Positions 30,462-41,233 are shown, numbered from the stretch's first letter. The stretch: 64,000 bases of DNA from an uncultured Nitrososphaerota archaeon (GCA_963799845.1 CAWCYI010000001.1:32001-96000); one strand, 5' to 3'. Notes: generated by a model not told the origin, from the sequence alone. Made by a program: numbers and translations.

Positions 30462-32441
30462 ATGGGGTCGGACTTTAAGTTGATTTCACGAAAGGGTATA
30501 GTTACAATTTCTCTGCTACTTTTGTTCGCTGCATCCACGCTGGTCGCGCTACTGGGTTCACCGGCCGTTGCCGAGGCAAGTTCGCCCTCTCGGGGGGGCA
30601 CTCTTGTGATGGCTTTGCCAAACACTATCGACACGTTCAACCAATTGCAGACTAATTCCTACCAAGCTTGGTACTTCAATCAGTTGATGTATCCGGATAA
30701 TGGAGTGCCGACCGCGACCGGGCTTGTTCATGTCGCGGTTCAAGATTACTGGTCGAATGCAAATGCCACCGTATGGTACTTCCGCGTTACTCCGGGTATG
30801 ACGTGGTCTGACGGTGTTCCAGCCAATGCGACTGATCTTGCATTTTCCTTACAAGTAATGTTTTCAAGTTACCCGAAATGGGGCGGGTCCACTTCGTTAT
30901 CTGGATATGCTTCACTACTGAATGGGAACATAACGAACGCCATAAAAATTGATAACTCGTCCGTCGTAGAGGTTGATTTCAAGCAACCCTTCGGATTGTT
31001 TGGTGACATCGCTGGGACTGAAAATACTCCAAACTTTACGCCGGAACACATCTGGTCGGACCTGATCAACAATACTGCTGCCCCACCGGTTAATTTTGGA
31101 ACTGTTGTTGGAGTAGGACCGTTTTATGTCTCAGATTTCCATCAGGGAGATCAGCAGATAACCCTCCTTCCAAATTCATACGGGACTCCATGGGGCGGAA
31201 ATGCGAAAGGAGTTCCATATTTGAGTCAGATCGTGGTTCAGCTCGTGCCTTCCAGCTCTAGTTTGGCGTTACTGCTTCAGGGTGGGCAAGTTGATGCCGC
31301 ACAACTTCAACCGAGCGATGTTGCAGGAATTCTTTCAAATCCCAATATTCAGGTCTCGGCGACAAACGGAACTGGCTTATGGTACATCGAGTTCCCTGCT
31401 GAAACTTATCCATACAACATGACTGCTTTCAGACAGGCGATGGGATACGGCATTGACCGAAATGCACTGGTAACGAGTGCTCTGGCCGGATACGGCTCCC
31501 CGGGCACATCCGCATTTATCCCTCCTTCAAACTCGCCAGAGTATAATTCTAGCGTGCCGAGTTATGCATTCAATACGAACACGTCCCAGAGCCTTTTGCA
31601 GGGTCTCGGATTTAAAATGTCAAATGGATATTACACGCTGCCCAACGGGACTACCTTTGAGCCGCCTGTTTACGTTCCTTCAGATGTCGGAGCCGATATC
31701 GTACTCGCGGGCACTCTAGTCGTGCGCGACCTGCAGGCTATTGGAATCGACGCGCAGCTTCGCACAATTGCAGACACATCGATGTCCTCAATCTGGTACC
31801 AGGGAATCAACATGTACTTTGAACAACAGAACTTCGGCTATCCCAACAGCGAACTTCTCACTGATGAGAGCTTCTATTCATATTTCACGACAGCTGGCCC
31901 CACGCAGACATACGCGTTCGCGAATGCTTCAATAGCTTCGGAATACAATGCAACCGTCGCACAATTGGAGTCAGCAGGAAATCAGAGCCAAAGATACCAA
32001 CTTGAACAGAAAATCGAGGGTATCCTTGGTGATTACCTCCCATCCATACCCCTATTCTATCAAGACTTCATCTGGGGATTTAACAGAGCAGACTTTGGCG
32101 GATGGCCGACTGCGCCTAGTTCGTTCGAATTGCCGGGAGCAGTGTTCAACCTAACTGCGCTTGCTGACGTCTACCAGATCTCCTCGCAGAGTTCGGGCGC
32201 GTCAACCGTGACGACCACCGCCAGTCCAACTACTGCTACGGTGATAGTCACGGCGACAGGCAGTACGGCCACCGCGACCAGCTCCGTTCCCGTCACAGTA
32301 AGTGCAACAACGACTGCAGTAGTGACTACGACAGCTACTACTTCAACAAGCTCAAACACCGCTCTGTATGCCGCGCTTGCTGTAATCGTGGTGATCATCG
32401 TGATCGCCGCGGCAGTAATGGCCACACGTCGAAAGAGGTAG
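30462..32441 (+). CDS. ABC transporter substrate-binding protein, family 5 (Opp/Dpp type)
   Basis: Signal peptide, GMTWSDGVP, VGVGPF, many NxS/T sequons, Thr/Ser-rich linker and C-terminal TM anchor ending RRKR. Confidence 0.92.
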   Translation: MGSDFKLISRKGIVTISLLLLFAASTLVALLGSPAVAEASSPSRGGTLVMALPNTIDTFNQLQTNSYQAWYFNQLMYPDNGVPTATGLVHVAVQDYWSNANATVWYFRVTPGMTWSDGVPANATDLAFSLQVMFSSYPKWGGSTSLSGYASLLNGNITNAIKIDNSSVVEVDFKQPFGLFGDIAGTENTPNFTPEHIWSDLINNTAAPPVNFGTVVGVGPFYVSDFHQGDQQITLLPNSYGTPWGGNAKGVPYLSQIVVQLVPSSSSLALLLQGGQVDAAQLQPSDVAGILSNPNIQVSATNGTGLWYIEFPAETYPYNMTAFRQAMGYGIDRNALVTSALAGYGSPGTSAFIPPSNSPEYNSSVPSYAFNTNTSQSLLQGLGFKMSNGYYTLPNGTTFEPPVYVPSDVGADIVLAGTLVVRDLQAIGIDAQLRTIADTSMSSIWYQGINMYFEQQNFGYPNSELLTDESFYSYFTTAGPTQTYAFANASIASEYNATVAQLESAGNQSQRYQLEQKIEGILGDYLPSIPLFYQDFIWGFNRADFGGWPTAPSSFELPGAVFNLTALADVYQISSQSSGASTVTTTASPTTATVIVTATGSTATATSSVPVTVSATTTAVVTTTATTSTSSNTALYAALAVIVVIIVIAAAVMATRRKR

Positions 32442-32445
32442 CTGC

Positions 32446-33426
32446 ATGCGGCTTCGCGGGGCATACGTTGCCCGGCGAATTCTCTATGCCCTGATTGCCC
32501 TGTTCGCGGTCATCGTACTGAACTTTATCATCCCGAGGGCCGTGCCGGGCAACCCAGTCGAGATATTCGCAAATCCACGCGTCCTCCCAGCGATTGAGAC
32601 CAAGATACTCACGCAGCGCTTTGGTCTGAATGAACCAGTGTGGGAACAATTCCTTCTTTACCTCCGAGGTATCTTCCAGTGGCCCCCCGATTTCGGCGTA
32701 TCGTTCAAGTTCTATCCCACCCCGGTGTGGAACGTCATCATGGCCTATCTTCCTTGGACTTTGCTGCTAGTCGGAATCTCTACAGTTGCGACTGCAGTAC
32801 TGGGAATCCTTGTCGGAATATGGACCGGATCGAGGCCGGGGACGAAGACTGACACTGCAGTAACGTCGGTGTCAATGCTCCTTTGGACGATGCCATTTTT
32901 TTGGCTCGGGACGATCCTACTCTGGGTCTTTGGACTATACTTTCACTGGTTTCCCCTTGGCGGTACGCAGTCCATCTTTTCTTCGCAGTTCAACTGGTAT
33001 CAGAAAATTGAGGACATCGCCACTCATGCCTTCTTGCCCGCGCTCACTTTGACGCTTGCCGCCTTCGCAGGATATTCGCTCATCATGCGCAATACCCTCG
33101 TCGAAGAGCTCTCCCAGGATTATGTGATAATGTCTGAAGCAAAGGGGTTGAAGCACTGGCAGATCGTCATGAAACATGCAGCGAGGAATGCGATGCTGCC
33201 GATGATCACGCTCATCGGGCTGAATCTGGGCTACGTTGTAAGCGGCGCCCTTCTAGTCGAGGTAGTATTTTCCTATCAGGGAGTCGGGTGGCTAACCTAT
33301 CAGGCTGTTCTGTACCACGATTTCCCTCTCCTACAGGGTCTATTCTTCATACTCTCGGTGACGGTGATTCTTGCAAATTTGTTCGCCGATCTTTTGTACG
33401 TCTCGTTTGATCCCAGGATCAAATAG
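32446..33426 (+). CDS. ABC permease (DppB/OppB type)
   Basis: PRAVPGNP, EAKGL...KHAARNA motif, DPRI end. Confidence 0.93.
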   Translation: MRLRGAYVARRILYALIALFAVIVLNFIIPRAVPGNPVEIFANPRVLPAIETKILTQRFGLNEPVWEQFLLYLRGIFQWPPDFGVSFKFYPTPVWNVIMAYLPWTLLLVGISTVATAVLGILVGIWTGSRPGTKTDTAVTSVSMLLWTMPFFWLGTILLWVFGLYFHWFPLGGTQSIFSSQFNWYQKIEDIATHAFLPALTLTLAAFAGYSLIMRNTLVEELSQDYVIMSEAKGLKHWQIVMKHAARNAMLPMITLIGLNLGYVVSGALLVEVVFSYQGVGWLTYQAVLYHDFPLLQGLFFILSVTVILANLFADLLYVSFDPRIK

Positions 33427-33444
33427 TTTCGGAAGAGATCAGTC

Positions 33445-34293
33445 ATGGTTTTTGATCAGTTGCTCAATTATCTGAGAAAAATCAGACATGAAAAAAGGGC
33501 CATGGTGGGCCTTGGGATCATCGGGGCATTTACGATACTTGCAATTTTCGCGCCATTGATCGCGCCGTACCGTCCAGATAAAGCGGTGTCGACTCCTTAC
33601 GCTCCTCCAAATCTGAAAGACTGGTTGGGAACCGACAACTTGGGGCAGGACGTTTTGAGTCAGATAATCTACGGATCTCGGATCAGTTTGCTGGTGGGGC
33701 TCGTCGTCGCCCTGGCAGCCACTTTCATTGGGACCATCGTGGGAGTGCTCTCCGGATTCTACCGAGGCGCAACGGATCAGGGATTGATGCGGTTCACTGA
33801 TGTCATGCTAGTACTGCCACAGCTGCCGCTGATGATCATACTCGCGGCCTATCTTGGACCGAGCGACAACTCAATCATCATAGTTCTCACGTTGACTTCC
33901 TGGCCCCTCGTTGCGAGACTAATACGTTCGCAAACTCTTTCGCTTCGAGAGCGTCCATTTACGGATGCTTCGCGAGTTATCGGATCGAGCAACACCAGGA
34001 TAATCTTCAAGGTAATCATCCCCAATCTCCTGACTCTGATAGCCGCGAATGTTGTGCTGATGATTACGACCGCAGTTGTGGGGGAAGCTGGACTCGATTT
34101 CATCGGGCTGGGGAATCCAAGCGTCGTTAGCTGGGGCACGATGCTTTACTGGGCTCAGGCATATGCGCTGTTCAATGGAGCTTGGTGGTGGGTGCTCGCG
34201 CCGGGGCTCTGCATTGCGTTTTTGGGACTCGGCGCAGTACTAGTAAGCTTGAGCATCGAGAACGTTTTCAATCCGAGACTGAGAGCAAGATGA
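33445..34293 (+). CDS. ABC permease (DppC/OppC type)
   Basis: LGTDNLGQD, GSRISL, SWGTML, NPRLR. Confidence 0.93.
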   Translation: MVFDQLLNYLRKIRHEKRAMVGLGIIGAFTILAIFAPLIAPYRPDKAVSTPYAPPNLKDWLGTDNLGQDVLSQIIYGSRISLLVGLVVALAATFIGTIVGVLSGFYRGATDQGLMRFTDVMLVLPQLPLMIILAAYLGPSDNSIIIVLTLTSWPLVARLIRSQTLSLRERPFTDASRVIGSSNTRIIFKVIIPNLLTLIAANVVLMITTAVVGEAGLDFIGLGNPSVVSWGTMLYWAQAYALFNGAWWWVLAPGLCIAFLGLGAVLVSLSIENVFNPRLRAR

Positions 34294-35243
34294 GCTTACT
34301 ATCGGTTTCTGATCTTAGCATCGAATACTCTGCTCCGCCGGGTTTTGTCAGGGCAGTAGATCGCGTTTCGTTTAACTTGGAAGAGAGCGAAGTTCTCGGA
34401 ATTGCTGGTGAATCCGGCTGTGGCAAGACGACGGCTGCCCTATCCCTTCTGAGGATACTGCCAAAGTCTGCCAGAGTGGAGGGGAGCGTACTTTTCAACC
34501 AAGAGGAGGTCCTCGCCATGGAGGATTCGCGGTTGAGGGAGTACAGGTGGAAAGATGTCGCGCTCGTCCCCCAAAGCTCGATGAACGCATTTGATCCAGT
34601 CATCACGATCGGCGCGCAGATTGTTGAAGCGATCCGGATTCACGAGAAGGTCGAAAAGAGCGTGGCGTGGGACAGGGCTGGAGATTTGCTGGAAAGTGTG
34701 GGAATAAATCGAAATAGGCTTAGGCACTATCCTCATGAGTTCAGTGGAGGAATGCGCCAGAGAGCCGCGATCGCGATGGCGCTTTCACTCAGCCCCAAGG
34801 TCGTCATCCTCGATGAACCGACGACGGCTCTCGATGTTGTCACTCAGCGTCAGATACTGAACCTGCTTCGGAGGTTGAGGACCAAACTCAAAGTCTCGTT
34901 CATCTTCATAACGCACGATCTTTCAATTTTAGGCGAGCTTTCCGACAGAATAATCGTGATGTACGCCGGAAAAATCGCTGAGATCGGCAAGACCGAAGGA
35001 ATCTTCCGGAATCCCAGCCATCCATATACGAAGGCGCTCTTTTCTTCGGTTCTTCCCGTCCAGGGCCCGCTGCCGAACGTGAAACCGATCGGCGGACTGC
35101 CTCCTAATCTTGCTTCCCTCCCTCACGGCTGCCGCTTTCATCCAAGGTGTCCGTACGCGTTCGATCGATGCTCGCATGAAGAGCCCGAACTCATCAAGGT
35201 GAACGATGACACTGAAGCTTCATGCTTCCTTCTCGAGAAGTGA
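34290..35243 (+). CDS. ABC ATPase (DppD/OppD type)
   Basis: GESGCGKT, FSGGMRQR, DEPT, C-terminal GCRFHPRC; ATG at 34290 overlaps the permease stop. Confidence 0.94.
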   Translation: MSLLSVSDLSIEYSAPPGFVRAVDRVSFNLEESEVLGIAGESGCGKTTAALSLLRILPKSARVEGSVLFNQEEVLAMEDSRLREYRWKDVALVPQSSMNAFDPVITIGAQIVEAIRIHEKVEKSVAWDRAGDLLESVGINRNRLRHYPHEFSGGMRQRAAIAMALSLSPKVVILDEPTTALDVVTQRQILNLLRRLRTKLKVSFIFITHDLSILGELSDRIIVMYAGKIAEIGKTEGIFRNPSHPYTKALFSSVLPVQGPLPNVKPIGGLPPNLASLPHGCRFHPRCPYAFDRCSHEEPELIKVNDDTEASCFLLEK

Positions 35244-35248
35244 TTTCT

Positions 35249-36232
35249 ATGAGTACCGATGTCATTCTTGACTTATCAGAGTTGGGAGTCGAATTTTCGA
35301 CTCCGACCGGTTTGTTTAGGCGTACTCGAATAAGTGCAGTGGACAAAGTTTCAATCAAGATCAATAGGGGCGAGTCCGTCGGATTTGTGGGAGAAAGTGG
35401 TAGTGGAAAGACAACGATCGCGCGATGCATCGTGAAACTGATCGAGCCCACGTCAGGTCATATCTTCTTCAATGGGCAGGATATCTTCGAACAAAATTCG
35501 CGCGAAAGCAAAGAATATCGCAAACACGTGCAGATGGTTTTTCAGGATCCCTACGAATCCCTCAATCCGCGCTCCAACATTTCGCAGATAGTCGAGGAGC
35601 CGTTAATCGTTCACCGCATCTCCCCTGACAAAGAAAGTAGGAGGGAGAGGATCAACGAACTCCTTTCGCTCGTGGGCCTCGAAAAAGATCTGGCAAAGCG
35701 TTATCCGCACGAGCTCAGCGGCGGACAGCGGCAGCGAGTCTCCATCGCCAGGGCTCTTGCAGTGAATCCCGACGTTCTTGTGGCAGATGAGCCCGTGTCG
35801 ATGCTTGATGTCTCAATCAGAGTGGGAATCCTGAATCTCTTGAAGGACCTCAAGAAATCCTTGAATCTGACATTCGTCTTCATCACCCATGACCTGGGGG
35901 TCGCTCGCTACTTTTGCGACCGAGTGGCAGTGATTTACCGAGGACAGATAATGGAAGTCGCGGGCACTGAGGCGCTCATTTCGGAGACGCGGAACCCTTA
36001 CACAAAGCTGCTCTTGGATTCGGTGCCTGGCAACAGGGAGGAAGGAGAGGCAAGTGCGAAGGATGAAGCAGAGTGGGCGGATGGAAAGGGACAGTCGTCT
36101 GTTGCGCCCAGTGGCTGCCGATTCAATCCACGCTGCCCGAACGCGAAGGAGCAGTGCACGACGGTTCCACCACCACTTGAAGCTTTGGGAGAAAAACACT
36201 ACGTAGCCTGTTACTATCCGCTGAGCCCCTGA
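35249..36232 (+). CDS. ABC ATPase (DppF/OppF type)
   Basis: GESGSGKT, LSGGQRQR, DEPVS, GCRFNPRC. Confidence 0.94.
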   Translation: MSTDVILDLSELGVEFSTPTGLFRRTRISAVDKVSIKINRGESVGFVGESGSGKTTIARCIVKLIEPTSGHIFFNGQDIFEQNSRESKEYRKHVQMVFQDPYESLNPRSNISQIVEEPLIVHRISPDKESRRERINELLSLVGLEKDLAKRYPHELSGGQRQRVSIARALAVNPDVLVADEPVSMLDVSIRVGILNLLKDLKKSLNLTFVFITHDLGVARYFCDRVAVIYRGQIMEVAGTEALISETRNPYTKLLLDSVPGNREEGEASAKDEAEWADGKGQSSVAPSGCRFNPRCPNAKEQCTTVPPPLEALGEKHYVACYYPLSP

Positions 36233-36483
36233 TGTAAGACTTCGTGATTTGAAAAAGAGGCCGAAGTCGTCGATACTTGCATGACAGAAATAATTTGCTT
36301 TTGTAACATTGAATCAAGCCGTTTCGATGCAACAGAGCTTGAAACGAGCTCTTCGGTACGCAGAATTGCGCCCCCGTGTAGAAAAGGGGGAAAATTGCAT
36401 AATAAATCAATGAAAACATAACAATGGCTTTAGGAATGACGGTCTATAAATACGAGAAGAGGTCATACTCCGGATTTCCAAAC

Positions 36484-37731
36484 TCAGAGTTCGAACTTGT
36501 CGTTTAGGGCATATTCGGAGGCGACCTTCTCGTCGAGCTCGATTCCCAGACCTGGCTCGTCCGTCATTGAAATGAAACCCGATTCTATCACGTTTTTCTT
36601 TTTGGCCAGCTTTGCCCAGATTGGCACGTCGTGTCCGTGAAATTCGAGAACTCCAAAATTCGGGACTGAAGCTGCAACGTGCGCGTGGGCCACAGTTCCG
36701 ATCGGACTGCCTATGTTGTGAGGAGACAGCACCATCTCCTTGATCTGAGCCATCTGAGCTATCAGTCTCGTTTCCATCAGACCGCCCGCTTTCATGGCGT
36801 CGGGTGTCACGATCCGCATCCTCGTCGAAAGGAGAGGGAGAAATTCGTACCTTCCGTAGAGGTTCTCGCCGGTCGCGATCGGAGTACTCGTCGCTGTGGC
36901 AACGAGATCAATCAGTGAAGGATCCCCAGGAGGTACGGGATCTTCGAGCCACATGACGTGGTATGGTTCGATGGCCTTCGCGAGTCCGATCGAAGATTGA
37001 ACGTTGTACTTCCAGTGCAGGTCGAACAGAATGTCGATCTCATCGCCCACTGCTTCTCTGACCGCGGCGACGAGCTCCGAAAGGTATCTGGTCTCGCCGT
37101 TCGTCAACGATCCTGACGATAGATTATATTGTTGAGTGAAAGGAGTCGGAACATCGAGATCGAATTTTATCGCGGTAAAGCCCTCGTTTTTCATCGCCCT
37201 TGCGCGCGAAGCGTATGCCTTTGGTGTGAATTCATCCGAATGCTTTCCGGTCGTCATCCGGCCGTGGATCGGCTCGCTTTCGGATGGTTTCTTTTGCCTG
37301 CCCGGCATCCACTTCGGCCTCGTCGGCAGTAGAACCGAATCTATTGCTTCGAGCGATTTGCCGGCGTGCGTATCTACATAGATTCTGATCTTGTCCCGCA
37401 ATTTTCCCCCGAGTAAGGAGTAGACCGGAGCTTCGCGGTATTTTCCAACGAGATCCCACAGGGCGGTCTCTATTGCCGAAATTGCATGAAAGTTCACTCC
37501 CGAAAAACCGGAAGGCACTGAAGCCCAGTACATCTTTTCGAACAGTCTGTTGATTTCGAGAGCGTCCTCCCCAATCAACAACCGCCCGAACTGCCTTACC
37601 ACGCCTTCGAGTTCCGGAGCGTAGAAGCCCTCTCCGGTTCCGTATAATTCGCCAGCGTAGACCCTGGCGAAGACCCAGTGATAATTTCCTTCCACGGTTG
37701 CGGAGGTGACCTTGGTGATTTTCAGCGGCAT
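36484..37731 (-). CDS. Mandelate racemase/enolase superfamily enzyme, probable aldonate dehydratase
   Basis: AIETALWDL, KFD (KxD), metal ligands in DLHW/WLEDP/GENL, PHN, PGLGIE; ATG at 37731. Confidence 0.88.
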   Translation of the reverse strand: MPLKITKVTSATVEGNYHWVFARVYAGELYGTGEGFYAPELEGVVRQFGRLLIGEDALEINRLFEKMYWASVPSGFSGVNFHAISAIETALWDLVGKYREAPVYSLLGGKLRDKIRIYVDTHAGKSLEAIDSVLLPTRPKWMPGRQKKPSESEPIHGRMTTGKHSDEFTPKAYASRARAMKNEGFTAIKFDLDVPTPFTQQYNLSSGSLTNGETRYLSELVAAVREAVGDEIDILFDLHWKYNVQSSIGLAKAIEPYHVMWLEDPVPPGDPSLIDLVATATSTPIATGENLYGRYEFLPLLSTRMRIVTPDAMKAGGLMETRLIAQMAQIKEMVLSPHNIGSPIGTVAHAHVAASVPNFGVLEFHGHDVPIWAKLAKKKNVIESGFISMTDEPGLGIELDEKVASEYALNDKFEL

Positions 37732-37868
37732 GTGTGGAGACACGAAATTTTCGAGCTTGAAAAGCATATTCTAGGGAAATCCTAGTTTACTCCTCACGGT
37801 TGACCCGGGGCTAATCGTTTAATGCGCTCGAATAATCTCATACAACAATTTCTCGAGGAACGATTGAT

Positions 37869-38900
37869 TTGAAAGCGGTCGTCAAGAAGCAGAGGGGAGA
37901 CGGGTTTGTCGAACTCCTTGATGTCGCTGAGCCGATCATAAGCGATAACGATGTACTTCTAGAAGTCAATGCAGCGGGGATCTGTGGCAGCGATCTAATG
38001 ATACTGCACGACTTTTTTCCCGGATACAATGTCCCGGTGATCTTAGGACACGAGTTCGCTGGGGTCGCCAAAGAGGTTGGAGGGAAAGTCACTCGAATTT
38101 CGCCCGGAGACAGGATCGTCAGCGAGACACATGCTTACATTTGTGGCAACTGCACATATTGCAAGTCTGGGTTGTACAATCTATGTTATTCGAGAAAGGG
38201 ATTCGGTTATGGACTAGATGGGGCGTTTACAAAGTATGTTAAGGTAAGAGAGCCCATTATTCACAAGCTACCGGATACAATCGGCTTGGATGAAGCAGCC
38301 GTCTTGGAACCGCTGGCAGTGGCAGTAAATGCTCTAACTCGAAATGGGAGGATCGCAGTCGGGGATTCTGTCCTGATTATCGGACCCGGCCCGATCGGAC
38401 TCCTGGCACTTCAAATTGCCAAACTCAGTGGAGCCAAAAGTGTGACAGTAGTTGGAACCGAGAGAAGCAGGAAAAGGCTTGACATTGCGTTGAAGCTTGG
38501 GGCAGACTCTATACTAATAGATCAGGAGCTTAATGATGGACTGTCTAGATCGACAGGAGGGAACTCAGATTCGTTTGAAGTGGCAATTGTCACGACGGGC
38601 GCTCCGACCTCTTTCGAACCCGCGCTCCGAGCGGTGCGAAAGGCAGGAACTGTAATTCACATCGGAGAGTCAACGAAACAGGCTTCGTTCCAGTTTTCTC
38701 TGATCGAGAAGAAAAATCTCACCGTGCAGGGTTCGTTCAGCCACAACTGGCCGATATGGGAAAAGGCAATTTCGCTAGTAGAGAACAAGAAAGTCGACTT
38801 GTCCTCCATGATTACACATAAAGTGAAGCTGGACGATTGGCGCAAGGGCTTTGATCTCGCAGAGAATAGAGAGGGTCTCAAAGTTTTGATCAAACCATAA
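37869..38900 (+). CDS. Zinc-dependent alcohol/polyol dehydrogenase (MDR family)
   Basis: GICGSD, GHEF, structural zinc CxxCxxC...C, GPGPIG. Confidence 0.93.
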   Translation: MKAVVKKQRGDGFVELLDVAEPIISDNDVLLEVNAAGICGSDLMILHDFFPGYNVPVILGHEFAGVAKEVGGKVTRISPGDRIVSETHAYICGNCTYCKSGLYNLCYSRKGFGYGLDGAFTKYVKVREPIIHKLPDTIGLDEAAVLEPLAVAVNALTRNGRIAVGDSVLIIGPGPIGLLALQIAKLSGAKSVTVVGTERSRKRLDIALKLGADSILIDQELNDGLSRSTGGNSDSFEVAIVTTGAPTSFEPALRAVRKAGTVIHIGESTKQASFQFSLIEKKNLTVQGSFSHNWPIWEKAISLVENKKVDLSSMITHKVKLDDWRKGFDLAENREGLKVLIKP

Positions 38901-38939
38901 ATCATCCGGATGGTTTGAGATTATAGCGGTAGCGAGATA

Positions 38940-40298
38940 TTGCAAGAATCAACCCACGACACTTCGAGCGTTGAACACCTGTTCCTGGATTTTATGCAGA
39001 TGAAAGAGTTTGCCAAAAATCCGCTGATCATGAAAAGCGCGAAGGGCGTCTGGTACGAGGATGTAAACGGGAAAAAGTACCTTGACGGTCTCTCTGGAAT
39101 TTTCACAGTAAACTGCGGTCACGGTAATCGGAGAATAATTGAAGCCATCAAAAATCAACTTGAGACACTTAGTTTCGCACCGCCGCTGCATTCAACCAAT
39201 GTGAACGCGCTAACCCTACGAGATTTGATAGTAAGCGTCACCCCCGACGATCTACGCACAGTCAAACTGTTGAGCGGAGGATCTGAATCAACTGAGGCCG
39301 CAATGAAGCTCGCGCGGCAATACCACAAACAGACCGGCAACCCGGGCAAGTACAAGGTCATATCAAGATATGAAGGGTACCACGGCGCAACGATGGGTGC
39401 TCTAGCAGCATCTGGAGTTGCGAAGCGCAAGACCGCCTTCGAGCCGTTCGGTCCCGGTTACATCAAAGTGTTCCCGCCAACCTGCTATCGCTGCCCTTAC
39501 AAACTCGAGTATCCTGTATGCGGAATCTTTTGTGTCCAGATAATTGAAAACGTGATCAAACAGGAAGATCCGTCCACCGTGGCATCTCTAATTGTTGAAC
39601 CGATCGGAAACACCGGAGGAATAATCACTCCGCCGCAGGAATACTTTACCATCCTTCGAGAGATTTGCGACAAGTACAATATCTTGCTCATCTTCGACGA
39701 AATCATAACAGGATTTGGAAGGACCGGTGAGATGTTTGCCTCACAGACTTTCAACACGACTCCCGACATCATCTGCATGGGCAAGGGAATGTCCAGCGGT
39801 TACGCCCCAATCGGCGGGATTGCTTTCAAAGACACTGTCGCGGAGGCATTTCTGGGCAAGGAGGAGCAGAAAGTCCAGTTCAATCACGGACATACGTTCG
39901 GTGGAAATCCTCTTTCATGCGCTGCCGCGATCGCAAGCATCACCGAGATCAGGGAGAGAGACCTTCCGAGAAGAGCGCGCGAAAGCGGAGCCATTGTTTG
40001 GAAAAGACTCGAAGAGCTAAGGGATAAAGTTGGCATTATCGGTGATATTCGCGGTAAAGGCCTGCTTATCGGGATTGAATTTGTAAAGGATGTCAGGACG
40101 AAGGAACAGTTCCCCGACAGTGTAAGTTTTGGTCTGCAGGTTGGAAAGGCCGCGCTGAGGCACGGACTGATTATTAGGGCAGATCCTCACTGGGTCGCCC
40201 TTGCACCCCCCCTAGTGATTGAAAAGGGCGAAATCGATGAGATGATTAATCGTTTCTCTGATAGCGTCCAAGAGGTCTTATCGAGCGTTGGGCGCTAG
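38940..40298 (+). CDS. PLP-dependent aminotransferase class III
   Basis: SGGSES, GYHG, FDEIITGFGRTG, MGKG, HGHTFGGNP. Confidence 0.94.
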   Translation: MQESTHDTSSVEHLFLDFMQMKEFAKNPLIMKSAKGVWYEDVNGKKYLDGLSGIFTVNCGHGNRRIIEAIKNQLETLSFAPPLHSTNVNALTLRDLIVSVTPDDLRTVKLLSGGSESTEAAMKLARQYHKQTGNPGKYKVISRYEGYHGATMGALAASGVAKRKTAFEPFGPGYIKVFPPTCYRCPYKLEYPVCGIFCVQIIENVIKQEDPSTVASLIVEPIGNTGGIITPPQEYFTILREICDKYNILLIFDEIITGFGRTGEMFASQTFNTTPDIICMGKGMSSGYAPIGGIAFKDTVAEAFLGKEEQKVQFNHGHTFGGNPLSCAAAIASITEIRERDLPRRARESGAIVWKRLEELRDKVGIIGDIRGKGLLIGIEFVKDVRTKEQFPDSVSFGLQVGKAALRHGLIIRADPHWVALAPPLVIEKGEIDEMINRFSDSVQEVLSSVGR

Positions 40299-40402
40299 AC
40301 ATTCTCGCTAAGATAACAGGATGAAAGTTTCCCTACCCAAATGTAATTCTGGGACCTTTTCCTTAGAAGCCCGGAATTGGAAAAGTAGACACCAAATCAT
40401 AA

Positions 40403-40426
40403 AGTGCGGTGATCGGTATTCGTGCC
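40403..40426 (-). repeat. Degenerate copy of the tRNA-Gly 3' end (att-like)
   Basis: agtgcggtgatcggtattcgtgcc versus agtgcggcgaccgggatttgaacc at 41278-41301: 18/24 identical, same orientation. Confidence 0.45.
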
Positions 40427-40443
40427 TAAAGCGGTTTGATGAT

Positions 40444-40719
40444 CTATTTGTGATCTGGCGGAATATCGGAAGTCGAGTCAGTAGACGACGGCTCACTCGA
40501 TTGACCCGGCTTATCTCTGCTCGGTTTTGGTTCGGATGGATTTGTCTCGTTCGCAGCTTTAGAATCTACCACATCCACCGGGATTCTTTCACGTATCACA
40601 TCACCCCGACTGGTAACCAAATAATCGTACGGGCCATGCCGATATCGGATGAGTTCAGGCAGATATCCTGGAGCGGGTTTCTGATGCGTTATAATGAATT
40701 CGCCAACTGCAATCGGCAC
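40444..40719 (-). CDS. Hypothetical protein with Ser/Pro-rich tail (cargo of the decayed element)
   Basis: ORF lies between the att-like repeat and the integrase fragment; start uncertain. Confidence 0.4.
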   Translation of the reverse strand: MPIAVGEFIITHQKPAPGYLPELIRYRHGPYDYLVTSRGDVIRERIPVDVVDSKAANETNPSEPKPSRDKPGQSSEPSSTDSTSDIPPDHK

Positions 40720-41044
40720 CCCGTTGGAAGAAAGAACTTCGCTGCCGAATGAGTCCGTCTTCCAGCCGGAGCTGTTTGTAAGAAAGCGCGCGCGCTAGGA
40801 TGAGAATGGTAAAAAGGGGTTTTCTGTTCAAATCGCATACAAATTTCTCTAATTGCAACTCCCTTTGGGGATTCGAGATTGATGAGTCCGCAAGAACGAT
40901 TTCCCATGAAATTGTCGAACATGTGCGGGAGGTGAAATTTGAACACCAGTTCAGGAGATCCAATTGCTGGTAGTTAAGAAAAGGTTCGATCTATTAGAAA
41001 ACTCTCCCGAATCAATACGGATAGATTTCAACTTCATTCGAAAT

Positions 41045-41233
41045 TCAATAGGAAAACGCTGGATTGGCTTTAGCTCTCGAAGTAAATTCCCTGGCCTGAG
41101 CTTTCATCTCACCTTTAAGCTCAAGATAGTCGAAGAATCGTTTCAGGTCTTTTTCGTATCCCTGTATTGTCAAGGGACTTTTGATAGCGGAGAGAAATTC
41201 AGTCATCGGTTCCAGCTCAAGGACGATTTCCAT
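41045..41233 (-). pseudogene. N-terminal fragment of a thaumarchaeal-type tyrosine integrase
   Basis: EFLSAIKSPLTIQGYEKDLKRFFDYLELKG....QAREF...AK.NP resembles the N-terminal SAM-like domain of these integrases (from recall). No catalytic domain follows. Starts about 47 nt downstream of tRNA-Gly. Confidence 0.65.

Noticed and set aside
32175-32360. Low-complexity repeat-like DNA
   Set aside because: It encodes the Thr/Ser-rich linker of the binding protein and is not a nucleotide repeat array.
40689-40946. FYHSHP as a JAB/MPN metalloprotease motif
   Set aside because: The downstream S-x-x-D is missing, and the ORF is short and lies in decayed DNA.
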